A stretch of 63,896 nt of DNA from Octopus bimaculoides (lineage: Eukaryota). A model generated the notes under the pieces. It saw only the letters and a list, made by a program, of their open reading frames with translations. It was not told where the DNA came from and made no database searches. Below, one piece after another: positions 49,480 through 60,608 of this stretch; within the stretch, counting starts at the first letter, position 1, and each line of letters begins with the position of its first letter. Where the stretch lies: NCBI RefSeq assembly GCF_001194135.2, contig NC_068994.1, forward strand, positions 44,844,934 through 44,908,829, in the 5' to 3' direction. The translations under genes were made by a program, and so were the position numbers.

Positions 49480-50095
49480 TCATCGTTTAACGTCCGCTTT
49501 CCATGCTAGCATGGGTTGGACGATTTGACTGAGGACTGGTGAAACCAGATGGCTACACCAGGCTCCAATCTGATTTGGCAGAGTTTCTACAGCTGGATGC
49601 CCTTCCTAACGCCAACCACTCAGAGAGTGTAGTGGGTGCTTTTACATGTCACCCGCATGAAGGCCAGTCAGGCGGTACTGGCAACGACCACGCTCAAAAT
49701 GGTGTCTTTTACGTGCCACCTGCATGGGAGCCAGTCCAACAGCACTGGCAACGATCTCGCTCGAATGTCCTTACACATGCCACCGGCACAAGTGCCATCA
49801 CAATTTCGCTTGCCTCATCAAGTCTTCGCAAGCTGAGTTTCTGTGTCCAATGAAGAAGACGACGTTGGCAATCATCATTTAATGGGTTGAACAGTTTGAC
49901 AGGAGCTGACAAGGCCAGAGGCCGCACCATGATCCACTGTCTGTTCTGGCATTATTTCTATAGGTGGATGCACTTCCTAACACCCGAACACCAACCACTT
50001 CATGGTGTGTACTGGGTGCTTTTTACAAGGCATCATCACCAGTGCTTTTTACATGGTACCAATACCAGTGCTTTTTATGTGGCACCAACACTAGT
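49480..50095 (-). mobile_element. (ATG)n-tailed retroposon family, two adjacent copies
   Basis: catcatcgtttaacgtccgctttccatgctagcatggg...cccttcctaacgccaaccact; second partial copy with 24-nt tandem units. Confidence 0.75.
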
Positions 50096-50210
50096 GTTTC
50101 TTATGTGACACCTGATGCATTACATACACACACACACAGTTATATGACATAACTACAACCACATACACATTACAAACAAACACACACACACAATAAAAAG
50201 AAATACTCAC

Positions 50211-51223
50211 CTCTGGTTTCAGTCCATTCTTTGCCCTGCTCTCAGCTACCAGGTTAGCATTGCTACGTAGCCAGTGCATCTCTTGTAGCAGCTGCAGTCC
50301 ACATTCACCATGTTCAAATGGCATGTAGAACAGCTCAACAAACTGCCTTAGGTCATCACAAGACAAGACCTCAACATTGTCCGCAGAGTCAAATGATCCA
50401 CTTGATGAACTAGTAGTACAGCTGGCCGTACCGCTGCCACTATTGTGACTACCATTGTTATTACTACTACCACAGTTGCTGTTGCTTGTGGTGGCGGTAG
50501 TGGTGGTTGTGGCCGTGGTGCAGCCAACTGCGTTGTCAACCTGCATCACATTGTCAGATGGCGAACTGCTTGCCGATTTCAGACCTTCGTCTGATGTGGT
50601 TGTAGTGGTGGTGATGGTGGTAGTGGAGATAGTGGAAGGTGGAGAGAGTGGAGGAGGGGGAGTGGTGGCGGTGGGAGGAGAGGTCACAGTGTCTGAGGCT
50701 GCAACGCCAGTGCTTGCATTGAAGGCGATTGTGGTGGAGGTGGTGGCAGCAACAAAGGGGAAACAGTCCATTGGCTCAGTGTCTGGGCAGAGAGGATCAC
50801 CTATCACCTCGGCATCAATTCCGACTGAATCTGGCTCGACCAAGCTGTTGATTGGAGCCATCACTGGCTGCATGTAAGACGATGCTGCCGAATTGTCTAC
50901 AACCTCACTATTTGGAAAGACTCCACCAACCATACCAACTGGCATTGGAGACACCATACTGCCCGTGGGCAGAGTCATTGTTGGAGAGGTCACCGTGGCA
51001 CAGGTGTTTACAGATGGGATCAATGGCACAATTGGCTTTGGAAACGTTAGCCTCACTGAATGACGGCTGCATGCCAACTCTTTGATCCACTCATTGATGG
51101 CTACCTTCAGCGCAGCCCTCGGTTGGTAGCGTGTGTCAAATTTAGCAGGGATGTCCTCGTCAGATGTGAAATCAATTTCAGTTTCCAGTTTGATGTCAGA
51201 AGCAATTGGACTCAAGCGGTCAC
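50211..51223 (-). CDS. OGA: OGA exon, 1013 nt: stalk helix, Ser/Thr/Pro-rich disordered linker, stalk helices (FYMPFEHG...WLRSN)
   Basis: ttttctag acceptor and gtgagt donor; open throughout (ORF 50091..51251); flanks match human SDEDI...ALK and LFYLPYEHG. Confidence 0.93.
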
Positions 51224-51894
51224 CTAGAAAACACACAAAAAAGAAAGACATGAATCACAATCAGAAAACAGAGGGAAATGCAACAACAATAACAGTTGCT
51301 TCACATTCTGGCACAAGAGCAGCTGTTCTGATGGAAGGAGGTAAGGGTGTATTTTATTGATTGGCTTTGAACTCAAAATGTAATGGGTAGGAACATATGA
51401 TACAAGGCATCAATTCCAACATTCTAACAATTCTGCCAGCTTACCACCCTAATAATAATTTTAATTTTGGCACAAGACAAGCAGTTTTGAGGGGAGGAGG
51501 AAAGTTAGTTACATGGCAGTATTTGAACTCAACACAAGGTCGGATGAAATGCCAAAGAACTAATGATTTTATCAGTTCACAACCTTAATCATAATAATAA
51601 CAAGAGCACTCAGAGAGCGCAAACCTCGTCCAAGGCAACACCAACATCCTCTCAACAATTAACCAGAAATTATTTTTTAAATGAGAATATCTGAAATAAA
51701 CTCAACTGCTCTCACAAACAAGAATACTAAAAATGAACCTGACTGATCTCAAAAATTAAGTAAAAAAAAAACGGAAAAAATAATCCAGTCCTTATCCGGT
51801 ACCTGATCGATCCCAATGGTAGTCATAGAATGTGAAGGTGAATGTGCGGGCAGTGTTTGTAATGCTGTGTATGTGTCATCTGCAGTGGGAACAG

Positions 51895-52075
51895 GGACAG
51901 TTTTCTCCATGAAAGTCTATCCACTGATATAGTATCTTTATGACCATTAAGGTCTATAGTGAAAAATTTATCCGTGCATGAGAGAAAACAGAAAGGACCT
52001 GCATACGATGCTGTTAACATGGGTTTAACAACATCGTTGCACACAAAAACGCGAGTCCAAGAAGTAAAGCTTCCT
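51895..52075 (-). mobile_element. Ty3/Gypsy integrase C-terminal fragment in an OGA intron
   Basis: SWTRVFVCNDVVKPMLTASYAGPFCFLSCTDKFFTIDLNGHKDTISVDRL matches Gypsy THVFVR.D.V...L.PPY.GPF.V....DK.F.I..NG..DTVSIDRLKP. Confidence 0.85.
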
Positions 52076-52224
52076 TCAAGGCAGAGCTAGAAATGCAATT
52101 GTCAAGTAGATAAGAGGTTTTAAACAGGAGCGATATATTTAAAATTGATGCTTTGGCTGCTATCGTGAAATTTACTGTAGTCATGACAACAAAGACAGTG
52201 GTGGAAGAGAGGCAGTGAACTTAC

Positions 52225-52509
52225 CTGCAATGATATCCTTCTTAACACCATTGACATTGGACTTGCACCACTGGGCAAGGGTGTGCAGTGGGATAAAGTT
52301 GGCCTCAAATTCACAATTTGGGTTCGTCAGAACCCCTTTGACATAAGGGATAATTTCTGGAGAGCGTCCATCATAAGGCCCCAGAAAGACTCTCCTCGGG
52401 TCATAATCATTTGCGTGAATGTTGTCCCAGATCACAGGTTGACGCTGTAAGATCTTCGACACCTCCGCTAAAGTCTGTATAGTGATTTTCTTGCTCACAA
52501 CTTTGTTAC
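52225..52509 (-). CDS. OGA: OGA exon, 285 nt: NKVVSK...[10 protein letters not shown]...NPNCEFEAN...KKDIIA
   Basis: cag acceptor and gtaagt donor; lies in ORF 52181..52573. Confidence 0.97.
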
Positions 52510-52705
52510 CTGTAAATGAAAAAAAGTCATAATTAATAACTGACCTTGACACATAACTAATACTTTCTGTCAACCTTGAAAGGATAAAAGGTGAAGTTAG
52601 TCTTGGTGGGATTTGAACCTAATACTAGACCAATTATCTGGCAAGCTTAGAGATGTAAGTGTCCCAGATTTCTAGATTTTCTGGTTTGCAGGAGACAGTC
52701 TAAAT

Positions 52706-52963
52706 TGGTGTTCCTCAAACCATTTTTTTATCTATGGATCCCTTTGATTCCTATTTTACTTGAATGGACCCTCATAACCATTTCATGTTTAAGAAATCAT
52801 ATATTAGATTTTTATGATTAAATATTATTGCGAATTGTATTAAAAAATTGTTTAAATATTTTGAGTATTGTGGAAGTATAACCAGTTTATTGCACATAAA
52901 TTTTAGCAACAAAATCTTATATGAATCCCCAAAGGCCATATGGACCCGGGTCGAGAATCAATA
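52706..52963. mobile_element. Old hAT-type MITE in an OGA intron
   Basis: Identical 8-bp flanks gtctaaat (52698-52705, 52964-52971); degenerate TIRs tggtgttcctcaaacc / ggtcgagaatcaata. Confidence 0.7.
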
Positions 52964-53710
52964 GTCTAAATATACACTTAGAATATAAAATAAACAGAGA
53001 AAAGTAAAGAACTAAATTATATATAACAGATTCAAATTAATACACTTCTAAAGCAGGGTCTGTTTGATATTTAACAAATATCATTTTAAAATTCTTAAAT
53101 TATATCATAGAGTACAATGAATACAGTACAATGTTTATAGAATGAAAATTAAATGAACATGATTTTATTTAACAAATACAGGTAGAAATTTTAAAAATTC
53201 TAAAGTAGAGCATGTTTAATTGTTATGAACCTGCTTAAAAAAGTAAAGAACAAAGCTATTATTAACACAACATATGTAAATTAACCAACTTCAAAAACAG
53301 GGTCCGTTCACTCAATATAGGGTTCAGTATATTGCACAGTAGTTCCCGATTTCTGGAAGCCAGATATGAGGTTCAGTGCTGTATTTGACTATGACTGGGC
53401 AATGTTAACATTTGAAGGCAGTTCACATTCAGATACGTGCTATTTCCGGAAAAACCATGGCTGTATGGATAACTTAACAATCCATGGAGTTCATACGTAC
53501 TATAAATGTGTGTACTGTAACACTGCATGTCTAGCAAAGCAGGTGATCTGAAGTAATACGAATTAAACAGCCCTGCTTAGAAACAGAGCAACACCAGTAG
53601 TAGATTTGAACACACTGACTTGTATGTTACTAACAGAATATCTTACCCACTTTGCCATTTCAACTCCCATACTAGAAACAAACAGGATTATATAATTTCA
53701 ACTGACTCAC

Positions 53711-53809
53711 CAGTCCACATGACATCTACATCAGGTAACAGTTTGGCCCCAATTGTACTCAAGTATTCAGAGTTTGATACTGCAGGCATAGCACGTGCTG
53801 AACAATACT
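53711..53809 (-). CDS. OGA: OGA exon, 99 nt: (E)YCSARAMPAVSNSEYLSTIGAKLLPDVDVMWT(G)
   Basis: ttgtag acceptor and gtgagt donor; EYC...YL...WTG motif. Absent from the ORF track; translated by hand. Confidence 0.95.
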
Positions 53810-53944
53810 CTACAAGATAAACAAGATAAGAAAATTAAATTAAATATAAAAAGGACAGTTTAAGAGCTGGGAGAATTATTATAATTATAATTAAACATTT
53901 CCTTTCATTTTTCAGTTTTAAAAACCATCACCAAAGACGATTTA

Positions 53945-54105
53945 CCATATTTACTTGTGTATAAGTTGCACCCCAGATTTAGTATTACACCTTAGTGCAA
54001 AACTTCTTTTTATAGTTTCAGCTTTGCCCTGCATATAAGTCACACCTTGGACTTTTCAGTTAAAATCAAGCATAAAATAGTGTGACTTATACAAGTGAAT
54101 ACTGG
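53945..54105. mobile_element. Tc1/pogo-type MITE, CpG-decayed
   Basis: Inverted ends ta|ccatatttacttgtgtataagttgca and tgtgacttatacaagtgaatactgg. Confidence 0.6.
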
Positions 54106-54599
54106 AGTTCTCGGTGATGGTTATGAAGATTATCATAATTGTAATTACAGTTACAGTCATCATAATAACTTGCAGTTATGATGATGTGCTGTCATTTTTA
54201 GTCATAACCTTTAAACAACAGTCTTAGTTCTCTTGTGACAGTTGGCCAGTTGTGGTTATAGTTACTATTAACACTCTAGTCTTCTAGTGATAACCTTGTG
54301 ATAGCAATCATAGCTGTCATATGACACTAGCTTTCAGTTATAACCTGCCAGTGATAATCATAGCTGTCATGTGATACACTAGCCTTCCGATTCATTTGTC
54401 AGTATAGTCATGTGTTATGTGACAATCTTCAGTCATAAACAGCCATTTATAGTCATAATTATAATGTGATAAATTATTATTTGGACTTAAAATCAAATTG
54501 CCAGCAGTGGCACCAGCCAATACGGTCCACTAAATACTACACAAAGGCATAGTTATCTAACACACATATATAAATTCATTATCATCAATCCCTGGACAC

Positions 54600-54830
54600 T
54601 ACTGTCTCAAGTCCTGGGGCTCATAGGACAGCTATCCAGTTTCCATGGCTTATAAATGACTGAGATCACATTTTCCCTGAACAGGACACCAGTCCATCAC
54701 AGGATTACTCATTTACAGTTGAGTGGACTGGAGCAACATGAAATGAAGTGTTTTGCTCAAGAACACAACACACTGCCCAGTCTGAGAATTGAACCATGAT
54801 CCTGTAATCATGAATGCAACACTCTAACCG
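54600..54830 (-). mobile_element. CORE-like tRNA SINE copy
   Basis: gagtggactggagcaacatgaaatgaagtgttttgctcaagaacacaac; related to 1986-2127 and 61330-61430. Confidence 0.7.
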
Positions 54831-55258
54831 TAGATATGTATACGGTACATTAAAAGAGAGGTAAGATAAAGACACACATACATGCTTTTGTGTGTGTGTA
54901 GGTATGTGTTTGTATATCATGATCATTTAACTTCTGTTTTCTATGCTGGCATGGGTTGGAGAGTTTGACAATAGCTGGCAAGCCAGAGAGCTGTGCCATG
55001 TTTTAGTGTCTGTTTTGACATGGTTTCTATGGCCAGACACCCTTCCTAACGTCAACCACTTTACTAAGTGTACTGGGTGCTATTTTTCGTGACACCAGCA
55101 GAGTCACTAAATAACTTGCAGGAGAAGACATAAGTCCCTTCGACTGGTGAGAATAGTATTGAGGGAGGTGGCTTTGTACCAGTAGATGAGAAGTTTAAAG
55201 AATCCACATCATCATTAATAGTGACAGATTTAGAATAAAAATACAGTAAGGCACTGAC

Positions 55259-55427
55259 CTGTTGGACAAAATAGAAACTTTAGCTGTCCTAAATGTTGGT
55301 AGGTTTCGTTGGTGACAGACACCTGTGCTGCAGCAATGGACTGGAATATGTTCTTATCTGCTTCACACAGTTGGGGATCAATGTCATCGAAGAGTAATGC
55401 AAAAGCTGTACAACCAAATGTAGCAAC
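55259..55427 (-). CDS. OGA: OGA exon, 169 nt, with the catalytic Asp-Asp (55383-55388): [17 protein letters not shown]...FLFCPT
   Basis: cag acceptor and gtcagt donor; FDDI equals human D174/D175. Confidence 0.97.
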
Positions 55428-56639
55428 CTGGCAAAATGAGAACCACAGCCGAGGGAGAAAGAAAGAGAAAGGGACCACTGTTAGTAAGCAATTCAAGAAA
55501 TTTATTTCCATGTAATTTCAAAGACAAGGCTTAATGAGATAAATCTTACTTGTATGAAACATGATAGCCTATACCAGCTGAATTACAGTTTTATACTTAA
55601 ATGACTAAAATGTTTGAGATTAATTATTTGTTCTTTAAATGCTTTCAGTCATCAAACTGTAGCTACACTGGAACACCGTCTTCAAAGGTATAAGTTGATT
55701 ATATAGTACTTTTTTTCAACCTCAGATGGATGAAAGGCAAAACAGATCAGTTGAGGATTCGAACTTAGATCATAAAAAGGAACATAAATAAATACCACAT
55801 GTATTTTGTCAAATGCTCTGCCAACCACCCACTACAGTTAATTAAATTGTTAATGATAAAGTAATAGTCCAAAAATATAACAATCTTACAGTTACACATG
55901 CTTTTGCTGGTTTCAGTCATTCAGTTATGGCCAAGCTGGGGTATTACAGTTATATTTGTTTCATCATAATTCTACATAGAGAGCAATGTTTCCAGGTTTT
56001 TTNNNNNNNNNNTTCAGCAAATGAGCATGGCGAAAGTTTGTTAAATGGACAAGTATCACTGAATGAATCATAAAACCTTTTAATGTTCAATACATATAAA
56101 GTATCATATTTATAAATAGTGCTACAAACAAAGTAAAGACCACACAACATGTATAGTACAATAAAACATTGTTATAGATGACTACTGCGGCCATTACTTA
56201 AAGTTTCACATATCAGAATCAAATAGTTCCGCGGATTCTTTCGTTTTAACAAACCCGAGAGTTATCTCCCATGCTACACACACACACACACACCTAATTC
56301 AAATGTTCCAAGCATATACGTAGCAAAAACAAACCATTTTGACATATCTACAATCCTCCACGAGTCTTTCTGTTATTAAATTAAATTAGAGAAAAATTTC
56401 TTCAAAATGAAATAAAATTAACATCTGATATTTTTTAGGCATTTTGTCAGCTTTTGCTTGCAGTAATATGTCATGCCTAGCTTATTCTATAACATTCATG
56501 AACATTTCGTTAACTATTGAAAAAAAATTAGATTTTGTTTCCATGACCTTTCCAAAATTATATCAAGTCCCCATAGTTCATTAAATAATTCTAAGTCTGC
56601 AGAACTGGAAAAGCACTGGGCAGCAAAGTGCAACTGACC

Positions 56640-56815
56640 AATATGTGCAGAAAAAATGGAAGTACACCACTGGTATGTATAGCTGATGCATATCATCTGT
56701 GAAAATAGTGTGACATGTGACAGTGGAAAGATAGTTGGAAGAGAGAAAGACATAGGAAGTGATGAGATTAGACCTGAATGGGCTGGGCCTCAAAGATATG
56801 ATGCCAGACCAAAAG
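56640..56815 (+). mobile_element. Probable RTE LINE 3' coding relic in an OGA intron
   Basis: HWYV*LMH...ENSV and VER*LEERKT*EVMRLDLNGLGLKDMMPDQ resemble RWYGHV.RM and GRPRKTW.EV...DL..LGL...M. Confidence 0.5.
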
Positions 56816-57321
56816 AAAAGAGATACACTTTGTAGAACATATATCCAACTCGTTGACACAAAGAAGAAAAAAAGACAATAAAACTATGTGTACAAAGTTT
56901 GTTGTTATTGTGTAGTTTCAGATCAGCTCTGATTGAACAAACCTAGGCACAGAGTAAGTAGAAAGACTAAGTTCAATCAACACATTCATAGCTCTGGATA
57001 AGTCATGCCTTCATCTAGGTGAAAAACCATACTGTAAATAGCACAGCCAACGTTTCATTTCATTCTATGTGATGTAGCTTAGGCATGTTCTCTCCCCCAT
57101 TGCTTTGTCTTGGCAAATCATACTTACTTCATGGCATGTACCCCATCCACTGTCCTGTCCAGGTATAGAGCACTCTCTCTCAACTGTCCTGTTTGTAGAG
57201 ACTCTCATTAAGATGATAATGATCATCATTATCATCAGCACAAATTTAATTAAAAAGAAGGAAAATTGAGTAAAGAAAGAGGGTGGCGAAGGAAAAATAG
57301 CAAGAAGCAGCAGATACATAC

Positions 57322-57452
57322 TTGCTCCAACTTCCTCTTCAAGGCAGTGACATCTTTTGTACTGGAATATGTGATATCTAAACCTGGCGAGAGCGCATAA
57401 ACAAACTCAACATTCTGATCGTGAGCAGCATCAATGAGACCAGTCAGGCAAT
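57322..57452 (-). CDS. OGA: OGA exon, 131 nt: (D)[43 protein letters not shown]
   Basis: tttctag acceptor and gtatgt donor; lies in ORF 57250..57537; YALSPGLDI motif. Confidence 0.96.
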
Positions 57453-58563
57453 CTAGAAATAAAGACAGGTAATAACAAATGATTAAAAGGTGACAAACAA
57501 AAATAATTTGTCCATTTTTTTCACATCTGACAAACATAAGAATTTGTATCTAAATGCAATCGCTTGTTTTAGCAGAACAGAACACCAGTAGTCAAGTAGT
57601 CTATCAGTAGTAACTTCTCAAAAATATAGTAACAGTTGTATAGCCCCAAGAGACCTAAATGAAATTCTAAGGACAATGTTTAGCTTTAGTCTCCATGGCA
57701 TTTAGAGCAAATTAGAGCTAGAATCCCCATGTTTTCCATCCTGGATAGGACGAAAGTCTTTCACAACTAACAATCCTAAAACATATGGTCCCAACATAAT
57801 GTTCCTGACAACTTCATGGACTGAGGTATGCAAAATAAGTATCCCTATGTGAATACATGGAAAGCCTGCATAGGGGAATTTGACACAGAAGCTGGTAGTC
57901 CCAATACTTTAGCCACATGACTCCTAGACAATCGCAGGTGAATTTCAATCAAGTATTTACAAACCACTGCTCAGTCAACTGGTAGTGATGTCTTATTTTG
58001 TTGTTGGGACACCACCAAAATGTTAGTCTTTGTGTAGATATTTAAGAGAGAGAAGTACACTGGAGTGGTTTCCTATTGACTTCTGTAGGCCTACTTGTGA
58101 ATATGAACTAATCACTTGCCACCTAACAAAACACGCTTCAGTTGCAATGCTACCTGCTAATAACAGCAAATAAGGAAACCCCTATGTGGACACTCGACTT
58201 GCTAGAAATAACAGCCTAATCTTTCTCAAATAATCCATTACCATTTTAGGAAATATAGACTTACATACTCCTTGCCCTCAAGAAACAAGAGTCACGGGTG
58301 GAATGTCTGCTTGAGCAGAGTTGACCTACAGCTAAACAACAGTAGCAGCAAATTAAAACCACTGTACAGCACCGATCTAAATTTAAGATCTGTGATGGTA
58401 AACCTATGACACCTGCAACATGTTTCAAGTTATTCACTTGGGGTTTTTGAAGCAATGCCATGAGGAAATGTGGTGGATTTTTTTTAAGACAGCACATCTT
58501 AAATTTTTAGTTGACACAATCTAACATGGCTAGTGCAATAAAGACTACCATTTCTTGACTGTT

Positions 58564-58607
58564 TACTTCTGATGATAGGCCTTTCTGCCTGAAACACCTG
58601 CAATATC
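58564..58607 (+). ncRNA. Degenerate hammerhead-like relic, antisense within an OGA intron
   Basis: CTGATGA-T-AGGC(CTTTCT)GCCT-GAA-ACACCTGC; stem III palindrome and stem I are decayed. Confidence 0.4.
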
Positions 58608-59368
58608 ATATAAAAAGCTTATTTCTTACATACAAGCTAAAACTATAACACATGTTAGTGATAATCCAATGACAAGATTACTAAAATTAAAATTTCAATA
58701 TGCTGGAGTAAACAAAGTTCACCATCTCTGAACTGGGTGAATTGGACTATTGAGAACTGTTACACATCTTGACCTACAATTAAATATGTTAGCAGTGACA
58801 GGATATAAAACACTAACTTTATGGGTTGTCATCCATTATTTTACCAAGATGACCATCTACTCTCTCAAATGAAATGGAACAATGTAAAAATGAAACATCT
58901 TCCCTAGAAGAACCGTAAGACAAAATCTGTAGCTGTAGGAAATTTGAACTCGAAATCACCAAGTTACCAGTCAGATATCATAACCATTTGGTCATTTCAC
59001 ATCAAACTAAACAAAATGGAGCAATTGGGCATAGCTGTTTGGATGCTGGTAATTTGGTATGGTTGACTGGATACTGAACCTGTTTGGTGACAGTACATTT
59101 TGGCACTGGAAACAAACACACACACACACACACACACAAACATTACAATTTATTAATAGAAGATGACTGACATAAATAAAGAAAGAGAGAAAGGATGGAA
59201 GTGAACAAAAGAAACATGAAAATGTCTGATGTCAAATAAGTCAGCATCGAATCAGTGATACCAAATAGGCAGGATCAAAATGTCTCATGCCCCTAAAAGA
59301 ACAAAAGGACAAGACTTTCTTTTTTTACATGCAATAAACAACAAAGAGAAAGAGATAAAGATAGTTAC

Positions 59369-59466
59369 CAGCTTCTTCCACAGAATATAAATCACGCCAC
59401 ATGGCTCTGTGCTTACAATCATCTTTCGGGGCATACAGGTATGTGTTGAGTCCCATTTTGCTCATC
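59369..59466 (-). CDS. OGA: OGA exon, 98 nt: [32 protein letters not shown]
   Basis: ttcag acceptor and gtaact donor; YLYAPKDD motif. Confidence 0.96.
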
Positions 59467-59762
59467 CTGAAGTAAATAACAAAAATAATACAGATAGAGA
59501 AACAAATAAAGGCCTTTAAAAAAAAAAAAAAAAGATATGGTACTTTACTGGTTGAACCTTAAGGAAGAAAAGGCAAAGCTGAACTTAATGAACAAATACT
59601 CTAAGGCATTTTATCCTTCGTTCTTATGACTCCACCAATTCACCTATATCTCTCTCTCACACACACACACACAAAGCAAGAGAGAGAGCATGTGAACTGT
59701 GCTGAGAAATAGAATGCTGTTGGCAGATAAAACACTGAGATCAATGAAACAACTGTTTAGGA

Positions 59763-60085
59763 TCTTTTACTTGTTTCAGTCATTAGACTGCAGCCATGCT
59801 GGAGCACTGCCTTCTAAGAATTTCAGTTGAATGAATTAACTCCAGTAGTTATTTCTTTTAAGCCTGGTACTTATCCAATGGTCTCTTTTGCTTAACCACT
59901 AAGTTATAGGGATGTAAACACACCAACACCAGTTGCCAGGCAGTAAGGAAGGGCTGGCTGGGTAACAAAGACACAAAAACACACACACACACACACAATG
60001 GGCTTCTTTCAGTTTCCATCTACTAAATCCATTCACAGACACTTGCTCATGGTGGCATGCAGTGGGACTGAACCTAGAACCATGC
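59763..60085 (-). mobile_element. SINE family A copy in an OGA intron
   Basis: tttcagtcatt...cagcatg tail and ggcttctttcagtttcc...gggactgaacc head in reverse. Confidence 0.8.
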
Positions 60086-60556
60086 CAGTCTCTTTATATT
60101 CTGTAACATAGCAGTTCAACAAATAAAATATTGATAAAATAAGTACAAGAATGAAATAAATAACTAAGGTTGATAAGATCTATCAAAAAATTAAGGGCAG
60201 TGCCCCATTGTCGCCACAGTGAACTGACTGAAACCAATGAAAGATAAAAGCGTAATAGACCTAAATATTGAAAAAAATTATCTCGAAAGAGATAAAGATG
60301 AACAGAAAAATTATCATGTAATTGTTGCAGCCATTTTTACAATTTACTAAAGTATGTATATGAGTCTTATATATTGTTCTTAGACATGTATTACACTATG
60401 GCATTAGTGTACAAGCTGTAGCAGCAGCAGCAAAAGACCACCCACTACCTTATCCATACAGCCAATGGCACTGTACAATAGAATACATCAATAAACCAAT
60501 AAGAAACATTTTCTTTACATAGTTCACAGATGTTTATGAAAACAATTATAATTTAC

Positions 60557-60608
60557 CATTTGAATAAAATTCTTCGTTGATCTGTTGTCCATGGTCTGCC
60601 ATAGAAAC
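60557..60608 (-). CDS. OGA: OGA exon, 52 nt: (G)FYGRPWTTDQRRILFK(W)
   Basis: ttttcag acceptor and gtaaat donor; GH84 N-terminal GFYGRPW motif; phase 1 in, phase 2 out. Confidence 0.95.

Larger units (their letters stand above)
29260..60608 (-). other. OGA: O-GlcNAcase gene span, 5'-incomplete (14 coding exons in window)
   Basis: Exons joined by hand give an open 2849-nt CDS with consistent phases. Motifs [47 protein letters not shown] and GDQEPWVFRGGL match metazoan OGA/MGEA5. Confidence 0.97.

Noticed and set aside
49525-49550. CTGAGGA...GAAAC hammerhead-like string
   Set aside because: No stem II is possible; it is the antisense of the (ATG)n-tailed repeat.
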